Positions 11,747 to 23,483 of a stretch of DNA of 64,000 bases are shown one piece after another. Location of the stretch: NCBI GenBank assembly GCA_963803435.1, contig CAWDML010000014.1:32001-96000 (forward strand), in the 5' to 3' direction. This DNA comes from an uncultured delta proteobacterium. Lineage in GTDB: Bacteria > Myxococcota > Kuafuiibacteriia > Kuafuiibacteriales > Kuafuiibacteriaceae. The position numbers and the translations under genes are program-made. Position 1 is the first letter of the stretch. The number at the start of each line of letters is the position of its first letter. The notes beneath the pieces are model-generated. The model was not told the origin of the DNA and ran no database searches. It worked only from the letters and a program-made list of their open reading frames with translations.

Positions 11747-14700
11747 TTACTCGAACGTGCCGGCGACGGTGAAGAGGTATTGCTCCTCGCCCTCGACCGG
11801 GCCCGGCTGCACGGTCGCGGAGGGGAACCAGCTCTGGATCGCGAGGGGCGAGCGGAGCTTCGGGCGCTCGAACGCGACCTCGGGGCGCGGCGTCATCGGG
11901 CCGGCCGCAGGCTCGCGGCGCGACAGGAGCTGGTCCCAGGAGGTCGCGTTGTCCCAGTCGAAGAACGACGTGACGACGGCGCCCAGGATCAGACCACTGA
12001 GCGCGCCGATGACGTTGCCCTCCTTGAGCGGCTCACCCTTGGCGAAGCCGGCGGTGAGCATGCCGACCATCATGCCGCCGAGACCCGAGAGGTTGATCAC
12101 CGCAAAGCGCGTGGGAGGGACGTCGAGCAAGCCGCCGACCACCAGGCCGGTGACCGCGAGCCCGACGTCGGAGCCGAGCACGCTGGAGAGGAGCCGCAGG
12201 CCCTTCTTCCTCCGGCCGTCGATGTTCTTCGCCACCCGATCCTTGAACACTTCGCCGCCCCAGCCGCCGATCCAGGTGCCCCAGACGTTGCCGGCCAGGA
12301 GCATCAGCACGTCCTTGAGATCCAGGTGGAGATACGGCGTCAGGTACATGCCGGTGAGCGCGCCCAGACCGATCGTCGACAGGGCGACGCCGGCGGCCTG
12401 GCGGTCGGTGCCGTCGAGGAGCAGCGTGAGGCCTGAGGTGTGCCAGGTCAGATAGCCGACGTAGGCCGTGCCGAGCGCGACGTCCGACCAGTCGTAGTGG
12501 AACTGCTTGGCGGTCGCCCCCACGCCCGCGCTCACGGCCAGCGTGAGCCCCGCGCCGAGGCCGGCGGCCACCCGATCGTCGCGCGAGGCGGCGAGCCCGA
12601 TGCCGGCGCCGGAGAGCGCGCCGACCGCCGCGCCGATGGCGATGTTCTCGCGGGCGTCGCCGTCGACGTGGAGGACCTGATCCAGGAGCAGCCCGGCGCC
12701 GAGGCCGACGCCGGCGCCGACCAGCGCGCCGCCGGCGGCCACCTCGGGCGCGACGTTCTCGATCCGATCGCCGGAGTAGAGCGCGGGCGTGGCCGCGCCG
12801 ATCGCCCCACCGATGAGCGTCCCGAGACCGAGGTTCAGATACGACTGGCCGTCGTAGTCGGTCACCGGCGCCAGCAGAAGACCGGCGGCGAGCCCGGCCG
12901 CGGTGACGCCGTCCATCAGGCCGAACTGGAGCCTGCGATCACCGCCGGGGACGGCGAGGCCCAGACCCAGGCCGAGGGCGGCGCCGGCGACCGAGAAGGT
13001 GCCCGCCTCCCAGACCTCGTCCGCCTCCAAGCTGGTCAGCTGCGCGAGCGCTGCGGTGGTGGCCGCGCCCAAGCTGGCGCCGAGCAACGCGCCGCCGCCG
13101 CGCTCCTCGGCGGAGACCGCCCCGTCCCCGCGCACGAACGTGGGGATGGTGAGGCCGAGCGCGCCGCCGAGGAACGTGCCCAGCGGAACCAGGGCGAAGT
13201 CGCCGCCCTCGTAGTGCATGCCGGTGAGCGCGCTGAGCCCGAGGATCAGGCTCGCGCCGCCGGCGCCCTCCATCGCGGCGAGCGTGGCCCGCCGATCGAG
13301 GCCCGGCGACACCAGCCCGACGCCCGCACCGATCCCCGAGCCCACCAGGAACGCCAGGTACGCGTGGAGCTGATCGGCCGCGCTGACCTCGAGGAGCTGC
13401 GAGACCAGCACGCCGGTGAGGAGACCGGCGCCGGCCCCGAGCGCCGCACCGCCGGCGAGCTCCGTACCGACGAGCGCCTCGTCGTCGCTCCGGCGAAAGG
13501 CCGAGCCCCAGAGGCCGTCGAAGGCGCCGATCGCCGACAGGGAGGAGATCAGCGCCACATCGTTTGCCGTCAGCTCGGTGTACGGCGACAGCGCCACGCC
13601 GAGCGCGAGCGCGGGGAGCCCGGCCGCATCGATCCAGGCGGCGCGGGAGCGGCGGCTGACGTCGGGGAGCAGGTACGAGGCGCCCGCGCCGATCGCGTTG
13701 CCGGCGGCGGCGTAGATCGCGGTCTCGAGCTGATCGCCGAGGTCCAGAGGGCGGAGGCGTCCCACCGCCACGCCCGCGAGCGCGCCCGCGCCGGCGCCGA
13801 GGAGCGCGCCGCCGCCCCGCGTCACCGCCGTGGGCGCGTCCTGGTAGAGCGCGGGGATCAGCTGCCCGTGCCACGCGCCGGCGGCCGAGAGCAGCGAGAT
13901 GAGCGCGGCGTCGTCACCCGTATATTCAGTGTGCGGCGCCACCAGCGCGCCCACGGCCAGCCCCCCGAGCGCGGCCACCTGGACCGCGAGCGCGGTCTCT
14001 CGATCCGAGTAGCCCGGGTTCATCAGCGCCAGCCCCCCGCCGACCGATCCCGCCGCCATGGTGAGCAGCCCCGCCTCGACGACGTCGGCGGGGTCCGGAT
14101 CGATCACCTGCGCCAGCGTCATCGCCGCGGCCACGCCCAGGCCCGAGCCGAGCGCAGCACCGTACGCGAGCGAGGTCCGGTCGGAGGTGTCGTGCAGGAG
14201 CCCCGGGAGAAAGGCGCCCTCGGCTCCGCCTGCCAGGGCGGCCAGCCCGATCATGGTGAGGTCGCCTCCGCTGTAGTCCGTGTACGGGGAGAGCGCGAGC
14301 GCAGCCGACAGCGCGAGCACCCCGCCGCCCTCCATCAGCGCGACGGTCCGTCGATCGTCGCGATCTCGGAACAGACCGCCCAGCCCGGCGCCGATCCCAG
14401 TACCCGCGATCGCCGCGGTCCACAGCTCGGCCTCGTCCCGATCCTCGCGGAGCTGGACGAAGGTGGCGCCGGCCAGCGCCCCCAGGCTCGCGGCCGCGAT
14501 CGAGCTGCCGATGCGGGTCCTCAGGACCGGCGCCTGCTGGAACAGCTGGGGGAACCAGAAGCCGAACCAGCCGAAGATCGGCGGCGCCGAGAGGAGCGTG
14601 AGCGCGCCGCCCTCATAGTCGGTGATCGGCGCCAGCACCAGGCCGGCGGTGTACGCGCCCAGGCCGAGGCCCTCCATCAGCGCGACGCCCGCGCGCCAGT

Positions 14701-17700
14701 CGTCGGAGGCGATCGCGATACCGCCGCCGATCCCGTTGGCGAGCCCGGAGAGGGCGGTCGCCTCCAGCAGATCGATGGTGGCGATCGGACGGTCGAGCAG
14801 GTGGATCGCGGTGAGCCCGGCGAGCGCACCCATGCTGCTGCCGATCAGGACGCCGCCGGCGAGCTCTTCGGCCGGCGGCCGATCGTCACGCCACAAGAAC
14901 GGGATCAGCGCGCCCTCCCATGCGCCCTGGATCGCGAACATCGTGGAGTGGATCGCGAGGGCCGAGCCGCCGCCCACGCGAGGCCGTGGCGAGATCACGT
15001 CGCCGGCGAGGAGGCCCGTCATGGTGGCGAAGCCGGCGAGCCCCACGCCCTGCATCAGACCCACGGTGGTCCGCCGATCGAACGCCGGCACCAGGAGGCC
15101 GAGGCCCGCGCCGATCCCGCTGCCGGCCAGCGCACCGACGCCGGACAGGAGGACGTCACCGCCGTTGAAGTCGAGGGCCTGCGCCAGCGCGATCGTGGAG
15201 ATGGCGCCGACCGACGCGCCCAGCATCCCGGCGCCGCCCACCTTCTTCGCCTCGATCGACTCGCCGTCGTCGTGCCAGTACTCGGGCAGGAACGAGCCCC
15301 ACAGACCGAAGGCGGCCGCGCCCACGCCCATGTATGCGAGGTTGGCCTGCGAGAGATCGAGCTTCTCGGCGAACGGGTAGGTGAGCGCGAGCCCGGTTGC
15401 GACGAAGGCGCCTGAGACCCGGCTCCGCGTGTGGACGTCGAGATCCGGGAGCATCAGACCGAAGCCGGTGCCGCCCACGCCGAACAGCGCGGCGCCGGCA
15501 ATCGTCAGCCAGATCTCGGTGTCGCTGACGTCGGTGAGCTGGCTGATCACGAGGCCGGCGGTCGCGCCCAGCCCGGCGCCGAGGAGCATGCCGCCCGGGA
15601 AAGACGGCTCGTTGAAGCGCTTCTCCTCGCCGCGCACGGTGAGGTCGGCGCCGGCCAAGACACCGCCCAGGGTGGAGAGCGCGATCACGACGGCGTCGTT
15701 CTCGCCGAAGTGGAGGTAGGGACTGAGGATCCCGAGCGTGAGCGCGCCGGCCGCGCTGCCGCCGCTGAGCAGCGCGTAGGTCACGGGCGATCCGCGATTC
15801 TCGATCGAGAGGCCGAGCCCGCCGAACACGGCGCTGCCGAGGGCGCCGCCGGCGCCGGAGAACGCAGCGGTGCGCGGAATCGAGATCGCCGAACTGGGCC
15901 CAGATCAAGCCCGCGAGATAGCCGACGCCCTGGCCCACCACCGCCCCGGCCGCGCCGCGCTTCAGGTCGAGGCCCTCGGGCAGGACGCCGGGCAGCCAGA
16001 GCCCGAGCCAGGCGCCGTGGCTCATGGTGGTGGCGAGCAGCGCCAGATCGTCCTCGACCTGGAGGTGCCTGGAGAGAAACGCCGCCGGGACGGTGGCGGC
16101 GGCGCTCCCAATCATGCCGGCGAAGGCCGCCTCCCGCAGGCGCGCCGTCCCGTCCTTCACCAGGAGGGTGTGCAAGGCGCTGGTCGTGAGGCCCGCCTCG
16201 ACGATCGAGAAGTTCGCGAACGCGAAGTCGTCGAGGCCCCACTCGGCGGTCTTCATGGTGGCCGCGCCCAGGCCGACGCCGAGAACCTCGGAGCCGAGCG
16301 TCATCCAGCGCGTGTTCTGGGCCGACAGGCCGAGCGTACGGCCGAGGCCCCAGCCTCCGAGCGTGCCCCAGAGCCCGATGGTCCCGAAGTAGCCGGCGTC
16401 GCCGAGGGTGACGTCCTCCTTGAGCGTGAGCAGGAACGGCGTCGCTCCGCCGAGCACCAGGCCGACGCCGCCGGTGAAGAATGGCGAGAGCTTCGCCCCC
16501 GCCAGATCGGCGGCGACCAGCATCATCGCGGCGCCGAAGCCGGAGCCTTCGGCCACCAGCGGGATGCGGCCGTACGGATCCCAGGAGGGGTAACGATTGG
16601 GCGCGAGGTCGTGGAGCGTGTTGCGGGCGGAGCGGCGGACGTCGAACGCGTCGTCGCCCGCGAAGCGCTTGAGCGGCGCCTCCACGTCGGCCAGCGGGAA
16701 GCCGCCGAGCGCACGCACCGCCCGGGCGCGGTCCTCCTCCGAGAGGCCCTCGGCGTCGGCCAGCGCGATCAGGGCCGGGCGCACCGCGTCGATCGGATGC
16801 GCGGTCAGGATGTCGATCGCCTGCCCCGCCAGCCCGGGCTGCGCGATCGCCGCCTGCGCCACCGGCTGCGAGATCCGCGGGTCCTCCCGTCCCTCGAGCG
16901 CCTTCAGGATCGGGCCGTAGTGCTTCGCGTGGGCGGGCGCGGCGAGGAACGCGAGCATCGGGGCCAGCGTGAGATCCGGCGGCTGGGCGGCCAGCATATC
17001 GAAGACGCGATCGTCGTTCGGCCGCCGCTCGAGCGACGCGACCAGCGCCTCCACGACGTCGGGACCGCGGTAGTCCGCGATGCCCGTGAGCGCGAGCGCA
17101 CGGACCGGCTCCGCGTCGTTCCCGATCGCCCGCAAGAGCCGGGATCGGACCAGGGCTTCGGGACGGGACTTCAGCGCCGTGAGGATCGAGGCGTCACCCA
17201 GGCCCTCGTCGAGCGCGTCGAGGAGGACGCCGGTGATCTCGGGCGCGTCGCGCGCGTCGAGCGCCGCCACCACGCGGGCACGGCCGGACGGATACGCCGA
17301 GGAGTCCTTCAAGGCTTCCACCAGCGGCAGGAGCACCTCGTCGGTGGAGCGCCGGTCGAGGAACTCGCGGGCCAGGTCGGCCTCCGCCGGTCGAGCCGAG
17401 ATCAGGAAGCGCACCAGGACCGCGGCGGCCCGCGTGCTCTTCAGCCCTGCGGCCAGTCGGATCGCGTCGGCCTGGATCGCCGGCGCGACCTGGGGCGGCC
17501 AACGGAGGAGCTCGCCCGCGATCGGATCGGGCGGCGCGCGGGTGAGCTGCTCGACGATCGCGTGGCGGAGGCCGGCGTCGCGCTCCTTCGCCAGGGCCGC
17601 CACCAGGAGCTTGGCCGACGCGGCGTCCCCGGCGCGCCCCACGCCGTCGATGGCGGCGCGACGGACCGCCGGATCGGCGTCGCCGAGCGCCGGCGCCAGG

Positions 17701-18554
17701 ACGGCCGCCACCTCGTCGGGGCCCGCTCGGGCGGAGCCGGCGGCGCCCGCGAGCCCCGCCGCCGCCGTCCTCCGGACCAGCGGATCCTTCTGTGCGAGCG
17801 CGCGGATCAGGAACGGTACGCTCTCCTCGGCGTGCGGCCACGCCGCCAGGATCTTCGCGGCGGCGCGGTCGTCGCTCCGCTCCGGCGACAACAGCGCGCG
17901 GGCCGCGAACAGGATCGAGTCGGCGGGGACGCGAAAGCGAACCTCGGGCGGCGGGACGATCTCGTCGAGCGTCGGGGAGGCCCGGGCCGCGCTCGCCTCT
18001 CGCGCGGTCACCGCGAGATAGGCGTCGAGTCGCGCCTTCGCCTCGCCATCGAGCGACGTGCCCAGCGCCTGCTTCGCGACCTCGCGCCGAACCGCATGGG
18101 CCTTCGAGTCCTTCGCCTGCTGCACGAGCCAGCGCCGCACTTCCGGGAACGGGTAACGTCCGAGCGCACGCAGCGCGCAGGCGGCCGTGGTGTCGCTCTC
18201 GTCGCCCGAGGCGGTGGCGAGCGCGGTGATCAGCTCGGTCAGATCGCGCGACGTCTCCGGCACTCCGAGATCGCCGAGCGCATCGGCGGCGGCGGATCGC
18301 TCGCTCGGACCGCCGTGAAGGAGCAGCGACCGGAGCGGATCGAGGAAGATGGGGTGCCCGGTGCGTCCGGCCCGCCGCGCCGCTGCGATCCGGACCTCCA
18401 GATCGGAGGATGCGAGGTCCGCCAGGGTGCGGAGGAGCGCCGCGTCGGAAGGCGGGCCCTCGCCGGCGACCGCGGAAGAGGGAAACACGAGGGCGGCCGC
18501 CAGGAAGACCGCTCCCGGGCTCGTGCGGCCTCGCGCCCTATCGTTTGTGCCCAT
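11747..18554 (-). CDS. Giant (about 2270 aa) signal-peptide protein: HEAT repeats + long glycine-rich hydrophobic repeats; 1-nt insertion near 15879
   Basis: ORF 15156-18554 (HEAT-like 'DPLVRRTAAAGL', 'DPAVRRAAIDGV') joins ORF 11747-15829 on removing one base at GAATC 15877-15881, giving 'DLDPRTAAFSGAGG'. Confidence 0.75.
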
Positions 18555-18629
18555 GACCCACCCCGATCCCCAGGCCGCGAACGTCTGGCGCCCGGGGTTC
18601 CGTCCCAGGTGAGTGCTCGCACAAGGGTA

Positions 18630-18660
18630 TTGACGTCGCCGTGTCGCGTGGGGTTAGTCG
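18630..18660 (+). promoter_or_regulatory. Possible sigma-70-type promoter for tRNA-Ser
   Basis: TTGACG at 18630-18635 and a weak -10 (GTTAGT) 17 nt later, just upstream of the tRNA. Confidence 0.3.
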
Positions 18661-18671
18661 GCCGCCGAAGA

Positions 18672-18760
18672 GGAGATGTGGCCGAGTCCGGCTGAAGGCG
18701 CTTGATTCGAAATCAAGTATACGGGCAACCGTATCGGGGGTTCGAATCCCTCCGTCTCCG
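18672..18760 (+). tRNA. tRNA-Ser(CGA)
   Basis: Acceptor stem GGAGATG/CGTCTCC with G discriminator; anticodon stem CTTGA/TCAAG with loop TTCGAAA; long variable arm; T-loop GGTTCGAATCC; CCA not encoded. Confidence 0.95.
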
Positions 18761-18778
18761 CTCGCCTTGAGGGGAAGA

Positions 18779-19169
18779 ATGAGAATGACGAGCATTCAAG
18801 ACAGTCTAGGGAGGTTCCTAGAGAATTCTGGCTCCGAGCCGATGAACGACGTCGCCGGACAGTTGCTCGAGCTCTTGGAGGCGGACGAGGTCGAGCCGGT
18901 CGGTACCGGCGAGCCGGTCAGCGCCGAGGAGAATCGCAGAGCGTCTGGAGAATCGTTTGGCTCGTCTGCGAAAGCGGAACGACTCAGAAGTTGAAGGATT
19001 GAGCATGATCGAGGACGCGGTCGCCTATCTGCAGGCGAACGACGACACCAAGCTCGTGCCCTGGACCTTCGAGGACAGCGACGGCATCCGCTGGTTCGTC
19101 CTGGCCGACGAAGAAGACGACGTGGTGGCCTGCTACACGAGCGCGCCTTTCGTCGAGGCGGACATGTGA
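18779..19169 (+). CDS. Small acidic hypothetical protein (about 129 aa), frameshifted near 18932
   Basis: Removing one A at GAATC 18931-18935 joins 'MRMTSIQD...SAEE' to 'IAERLENRLARLRKRN...FVEADM'. Confidence 0.55.
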
Positions 19170-19184
19170 GGCATAAGGGCGCCC

Positions 19185-20351
19185 ATGCGCTGCACTCCCC
19201 TCGCGCTCGCCTCATTCGCCCTGCTCCTCACCGGCTGTCCCGACAACAAGGATGACGTAGGTCCGGACGACACCGGATCCGTCGACTCCGGTGGAGACGC
19301 TGGCGGCGGCCTCGACGCCAAGCCGGACGCCGCGGTCGACGACGTCGGTGTCACCGACACCGGCGAGATGACGCCCGACACCGGCAACGGCATGGACGCG
19401 GGCGACGCCGGCATGAACATGCCCGGCATGACGCTGTTCCCCGGCGTGGGCGTGCAGGTCGGCGCGAACCGGATCGACATCGGCACCGACACCTTCGACA
19501 GCGTGAACACGAAGCTCGCCGGCGCCGCGCGCATGCGCAACACCACCGACTCCGCGCGCAGCTACGAGTACACGGTCGGCGCCGACAAGATCACGATCTG
19601 GTACGCCAACACCAACCTCGACGACGACGGCCAGGCCCCCATGGACGTCGACGGCACCGATCAGGTGCTGTGGATCGCCGTCCAGGACGGCTTCGCGGGC
19701 ACGACGCCCGACGGCGTCGGGCTCGACTCGAACCGCGGCGACGTCGAAGGCGCATACGGCGCCCCGCCCCACACGGTGGACGTCGTCAACCCGGCCGGCA
19801 CGATCTCGCAGTATTACACGACCGGCCTGGTGGTCGCGTACGAGCCGAACGGCGACGTCCGCACCATCACCATCTCGCGCGCCTACCCGACCGAGCCCGA
19901 CGGCGAGATCGATCCGCCCGGACGCCGCGTCACCTTCGGTGGGACAGAGCTGATGGCCGCGCTCATCGGCGGCACCTCGATGAACAACATCACCAATCTC
20001 CTCGGTCAGCCGGACGCGCAGGGCACGGTGAACGTCGGCGGCCAGGACCTGGAGACGCTCTCCTACGGATTCATCGGCATCGAGGCGTTCCTCGGCACCG
20101 TCAGCCACAACCTGCTGACGCTGAACCTGCACCCGCCGTTCTACGGCACGACCTCCGGCGGTCTCGGGATGGGATCGGCGCGCGCCGACCTGGAGACGTA
20201 CCTCGGAGGCCTCGGCTTCGACAACGGCACGGCCTCGAGCAACCCGCAGTTCATCTGCTACGACAACGGCAGCGTGATGGTGGGCGTGACCTATACGATG
20301 GCCGACAACCGCGTCAGCAGCATCACCTTGGCGCTGCCCGCCTGCCCGTGA
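19185..20351 (+). CDS. Hypothetical lipoprotein
   Basis: Lipobox 'LLTGC', D/G/A-rich linker, internally repeated 'GTT.DGVGL.S.R.D' / 'GTTSGGLGMGSARAD'. Confidence 0.75.
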   Translation: MRCTPLALASFALLLTGCPDNKDDVGPDDTGSVDSGGDAGGGLDAKPDAAVDDVGVTDTGEMTPDTGNGMDAGDAGMNMPGMTLFPGVGVQVGANRIDIGTDTFDSVNTKLAGAARMRNTTDSARSYEYTVGADKITIWYANTNLDDDGQAPMDVDGTDQVLWIAVQDGFAGTTPDGVGLDSNRGDVEGAYGAPPHTVDVVNPAGTISQYYTTGLVVAYEPNGDVRTITISRAYPTEPDGEIDPPGRRVTFGGTELMAALIGGTSMNNITNLLGQPDAQGTVNVGGQDLETLSYGFIGIEAFLGTVSHNLLTLNLHPPFYGTTSGGLGMGSARADLETYLGGLGFDNGTASSNPQFICYDNGSVMVGVTYTMADNRVSSITLALPACP

Positions 20352-20442
20352 CGGCTCCCCGTCCGGGCTCAGTTTTCCGTTGAGCGCCCCGTCAAACCAG
20401 CTCGGCTCGCGGCTGGCATGTCGCTCGCACCTGTCCCTGAGG

Positions 20443-22142
20443 ATGCGCGTCCGCTCGGTCCTGGTGCTGCTCGCGGTGTGCGCCACGGCCGCCTGCGGCC
20501 GCCGATCGCCGCCAACGATGACATCGCCGAGACCGTGCTCCTGTCCCGCCTCGAGAGCTGCGAGGCCCTCGAGGCGCACCTCGAGGATCGCGCGGTCGAC
20601 GAGCTCGACGCCCAGATCGAGGCGCGCCTCGACACCGGCTTCGATCCGGCACCACCACCGAGAGCCGTGCTCGGCGCGCCCCGCCTCGCCGGCGACGCAC
20701 CGTTCGAGCGGGTCGTGGGCGACCGCGACCGCATCTACGTACTCGACGCCGGCCGCCTCCGCGCCGTCGCGATCGCGCCGCTCGCCGCGGTCGGCTCCGT
20801 CCCGATCGAAGGCGCGCCGCTCGGCGTCATCCCCTCCGGCGATCGCCTCTTCGTGCTCACGCAGAACGGCGCGCGGACGCGGATCACTCTCCTTTCCCGC
20901 GAGGATCTCCGGATCATCGGCGCGCGCGAGCTCGCCGGCCGCGCCCAGCAGGCGATCGCCCTGAGCGGCGGTCTCACGCTCGTCCTCGCCGGCGGCCTTC
21001 GCGCCGCGCCCGCCCTCGACCTGGCGGAGGACCGCACCGAGATCGCCACCGAAGCGTTCAAGCGCGAGCAAGAGGATCAGATCCGGAGCCGCACCCTCGA
21101 CGACTGGCTCGAGCCCGACGATCTGCCCCGGGACTGCGCGTCCTTCGACGTCGCCGGCGCGCCGCTCTACCTCGGCCTCACCCGCATGGTCGTGCTCGAC
21201 CGCGAGCTCTCGGCCTCCTCCCGCACGTTGATCGGGCGCGTCGAGATCAGCACCGCCGACGGCGGCACCGTACTCCTGGCGGCGCCCCATCGCTGGCGCC
21301 TCCCGCGTCCCGGACAGGTCTCGCACAGCTACCTGTTCGCCTTCGACACGGCCACGCTGGACCCGCTGGCGACGGGCGGCCTCGAAGGCACGTTCTCGAA
21401 CGGCGGCGCGCTCGCGATCGCGGGCACCGACGTCCGCGCCGTCGCCACCATCGAGCGGCGCACGTCCGATCCAATCAACGCCTGGGGACAGACGACGCAA
21501 ACGCACCAAATCGATCGGCTCCGGCTCGCCGGCGGCGCGCTCGACGTCGTGGCCACCAGCGCGACCTTCGCGGCGGACAATCCGCTCCTGGTGGTCCGCT
21601 TCCTGGAGGAACGCACGCTCGCAGCCACCGGAGCGCACATCTATTCGGTCGAGGACGCGCACCCGGACGCGATCGAGCGCTTCCTGCTGGCGCGACCAAT
21701 CGATGGTCTCGCCGACGCCGGGGGCGCGCTGTTGTCGATCTCGCGCGACGGCGAGCTGATCTCGGTGGCCACGCTCGATCCCACCGCGCTGGATCGTATG
21801 CTCTCGGCGCGCTCGATCATGGGCGGCAGCTCGGAGTCCGAGCTCACCCTCTCCATCGATAAGGTCGCGCACCTCGTGGCCGTGCCGGAGATCGGAGAGG
21901 CCACCATGACCTTCCCCGCGAGCCCCGCCGTGTCGGTGCGGGTGCTCGCGGTCGACCCGCCCGGGGGCCTCGCCTCGGCCGACTCGATCGACCTCACCCC
22001 GCTGTACGCCGGACGCGCCGAGCCTCCCCACCTCCTCTTCGGCCTGTTCGTCGGCGGACGCGCATTCGGCGTCTCGGACGCCGGCGTGGCCACCCTCGAT
22101 GAGAGCCGGCCGCTGGCCGTCCTGACCCTCGCCTTCGAATAG
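20443..22142 (+). CDS. Secreted beta-propeller-domain lipoprotein, 1-nt deletion near 20500-20507
   Basis: Signal 'MRVRSVLVLLAVCATAAC' is one frame off from the body 'LSRLESCEALEAHL...' (ORF 20418-22142), which has repeated beta-strand units. Confidence 0.6.
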
Positions 22143-22386
22143 GCGGCGGCGTGCCGCAAAGGGCCAGCAGGCTTGCTCGGGGAACAACGCCTTCCCCAGC
22201 ACCCGCTACGTCGACTTTGCGCGCCTTGTGGAGCAGCGTGTCCATGCCGCGCGTCCGGAGTTTCCCGTCGCCCAGTGCGTGGGCCTGGGGAGCCGGGCGG
22301 CCTGCCTCGCCGATACGATCTGCCAGGCGAGCTTCGGAGACACACTGGCGCGGATCGCCCGCGAGCTCGTTCTCGTCGATCCCTAG
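22141..22386 (+). pseudogene. Orphan 3' fragment resembling the C-terminus of myxobacterial VWA-like lipoproteins
   Basis: Startless frame reads 'CSGNNAFPSTRYVDFARLV...LADTICQASFGDTLARIARELVLVDP*' (TAG 22384-22386); compare 'AEYAPNYISVA...ESICAANWGQTLANIG' in the 1810-4869 protein. Confidence 0.45.
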
Positions 22387-22541
22387 CCCGCCTGCGCGGT
22401 GAGCGCGGCCACGCGCTTGCACCCTTCGGGGTCGCGGTGGAGAACACGGGACGCTTGCTTCATTTTCAGGGCCGGCTTACATGGTCTGCGCCTGCAGGTG
22501 CTTCGGTGACACACCGTCGCCCTGAAACAGGGTTTCTTCGT

Positions 22542-23483
22542 ATGGCTCTGCCCACCGAGAGCGCCAATCCGCCCCGCACGCTGGGCCGCTGGAAGAAGGG
22601 CGCCGTCGCCTTCGTGATCGTCTTCCTGGCCTGGACGCAGTCCACGATCGGCCTCCGACCCGAGCACATCATCCTGATGATCGCGTTCGTGGCGCTGTTC
22701 TACGCCCACAAATCCAGCGCCCACTTTGCGTATCGCGCGCTCCCGTTCTTCGCGGTCGGGATCATCTACGAGAACCTCCGCTGGCTGATGCCGCTCCGCC
22801 CCGAGGTCCACGTCGCGGACCTCTACCACGCGGACCTCCTGCTCTTCGGCATCGGCGGCGAGGTCTTCCCCAAGTTCCTCGAGCACCACACGCACCCGGC
22901 GCTCGATCTGATCTGTGGCCTCTCGTACATGTTCTATCTGATCAGCGTCTTCGCGGTGGGGACCCTGCTCTGGTTCAAGGATCGAACGCGCATGTCGAAG
23001 CTCGCGTTCGGGTTCCTCGTCGTGAACCTCATGGGCATCGTCACCTGGATCAGCCTCCCCACGGCGCCGCCCTGGTACGTCGATCAATACGGCCTGGGCC
23101 CGGCCGTAATGGACGCGATCCCCAGCGCTGCCGGGGCTGCCCGCTTCGATCACCTGGTGGGCCTCCACCTCTTCACCGGCTTCTACTCCCGCAGCGAGAA
23201 CGTGTTCGGGGCCATGCCGTCGCTTCACGTCGGATATCCGACGGTCATCGCCTGCTCGGTCTGGGCGCTCGGCAACCGCTGGCGTCTCCCCGCCGTCGCG
23301 TTCGCGGGATTGATGGCGTTCTCGGCGGTGTACCTCCAACATCACTACGTGCTCGACGTCCTCGCCGGCTCCCTGTACGGGGTCGTGGCGTGGGGCGTGA
23401 CGGTGAGCGTATCGCGGTGGCTGGCGACGTCGTCCCGGGAGCTGGCGAGAGAAGGAAGGGAAACTGAATGTCCGACGTCATGA
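22542..23483 (+). CDS. Aur1-like inositol phosphorylceramide synthase / PAP2_3 family membrane protein
   Basis: 'PTAPPWY', 'FGAMPSLHVG', 'SAVYLQHHYVLDVLAG' and multiple TM helices. Confidence 0.85.
   Translation: MALPTESANPPRTLGRWKKGAVAFVIVFLAWTQSTIGLRPEHIILMIAFVALFYAHKSSAHFAYRALPFFAVGIIYENLRWLMPLRPEVHVADLYHADLLLFGIGGEVFPKFLEHHTHPALDLICGLSYMFYLISVFAVGTLLWFKDRTRMSKLAFGFLVVNLMGIVTWISLPTAPPWYVDQYGLGPAVMDAIPSAAGAARFDHLVGLHLFTGFYSRSENVFGAMPSLHVGYPTVIACSVWALGNRWRLPAVAFAGLMAFSAVYLQHHYVLDVLAGSLYGVVAWGVTVSVSRWLATSSRELAREGRETECPTS

Noticed and set aside
18672-22540. Prophage or integrative element at tRNA-Ser
   Set aside because: No integrase, phage genes or att duplication seen.
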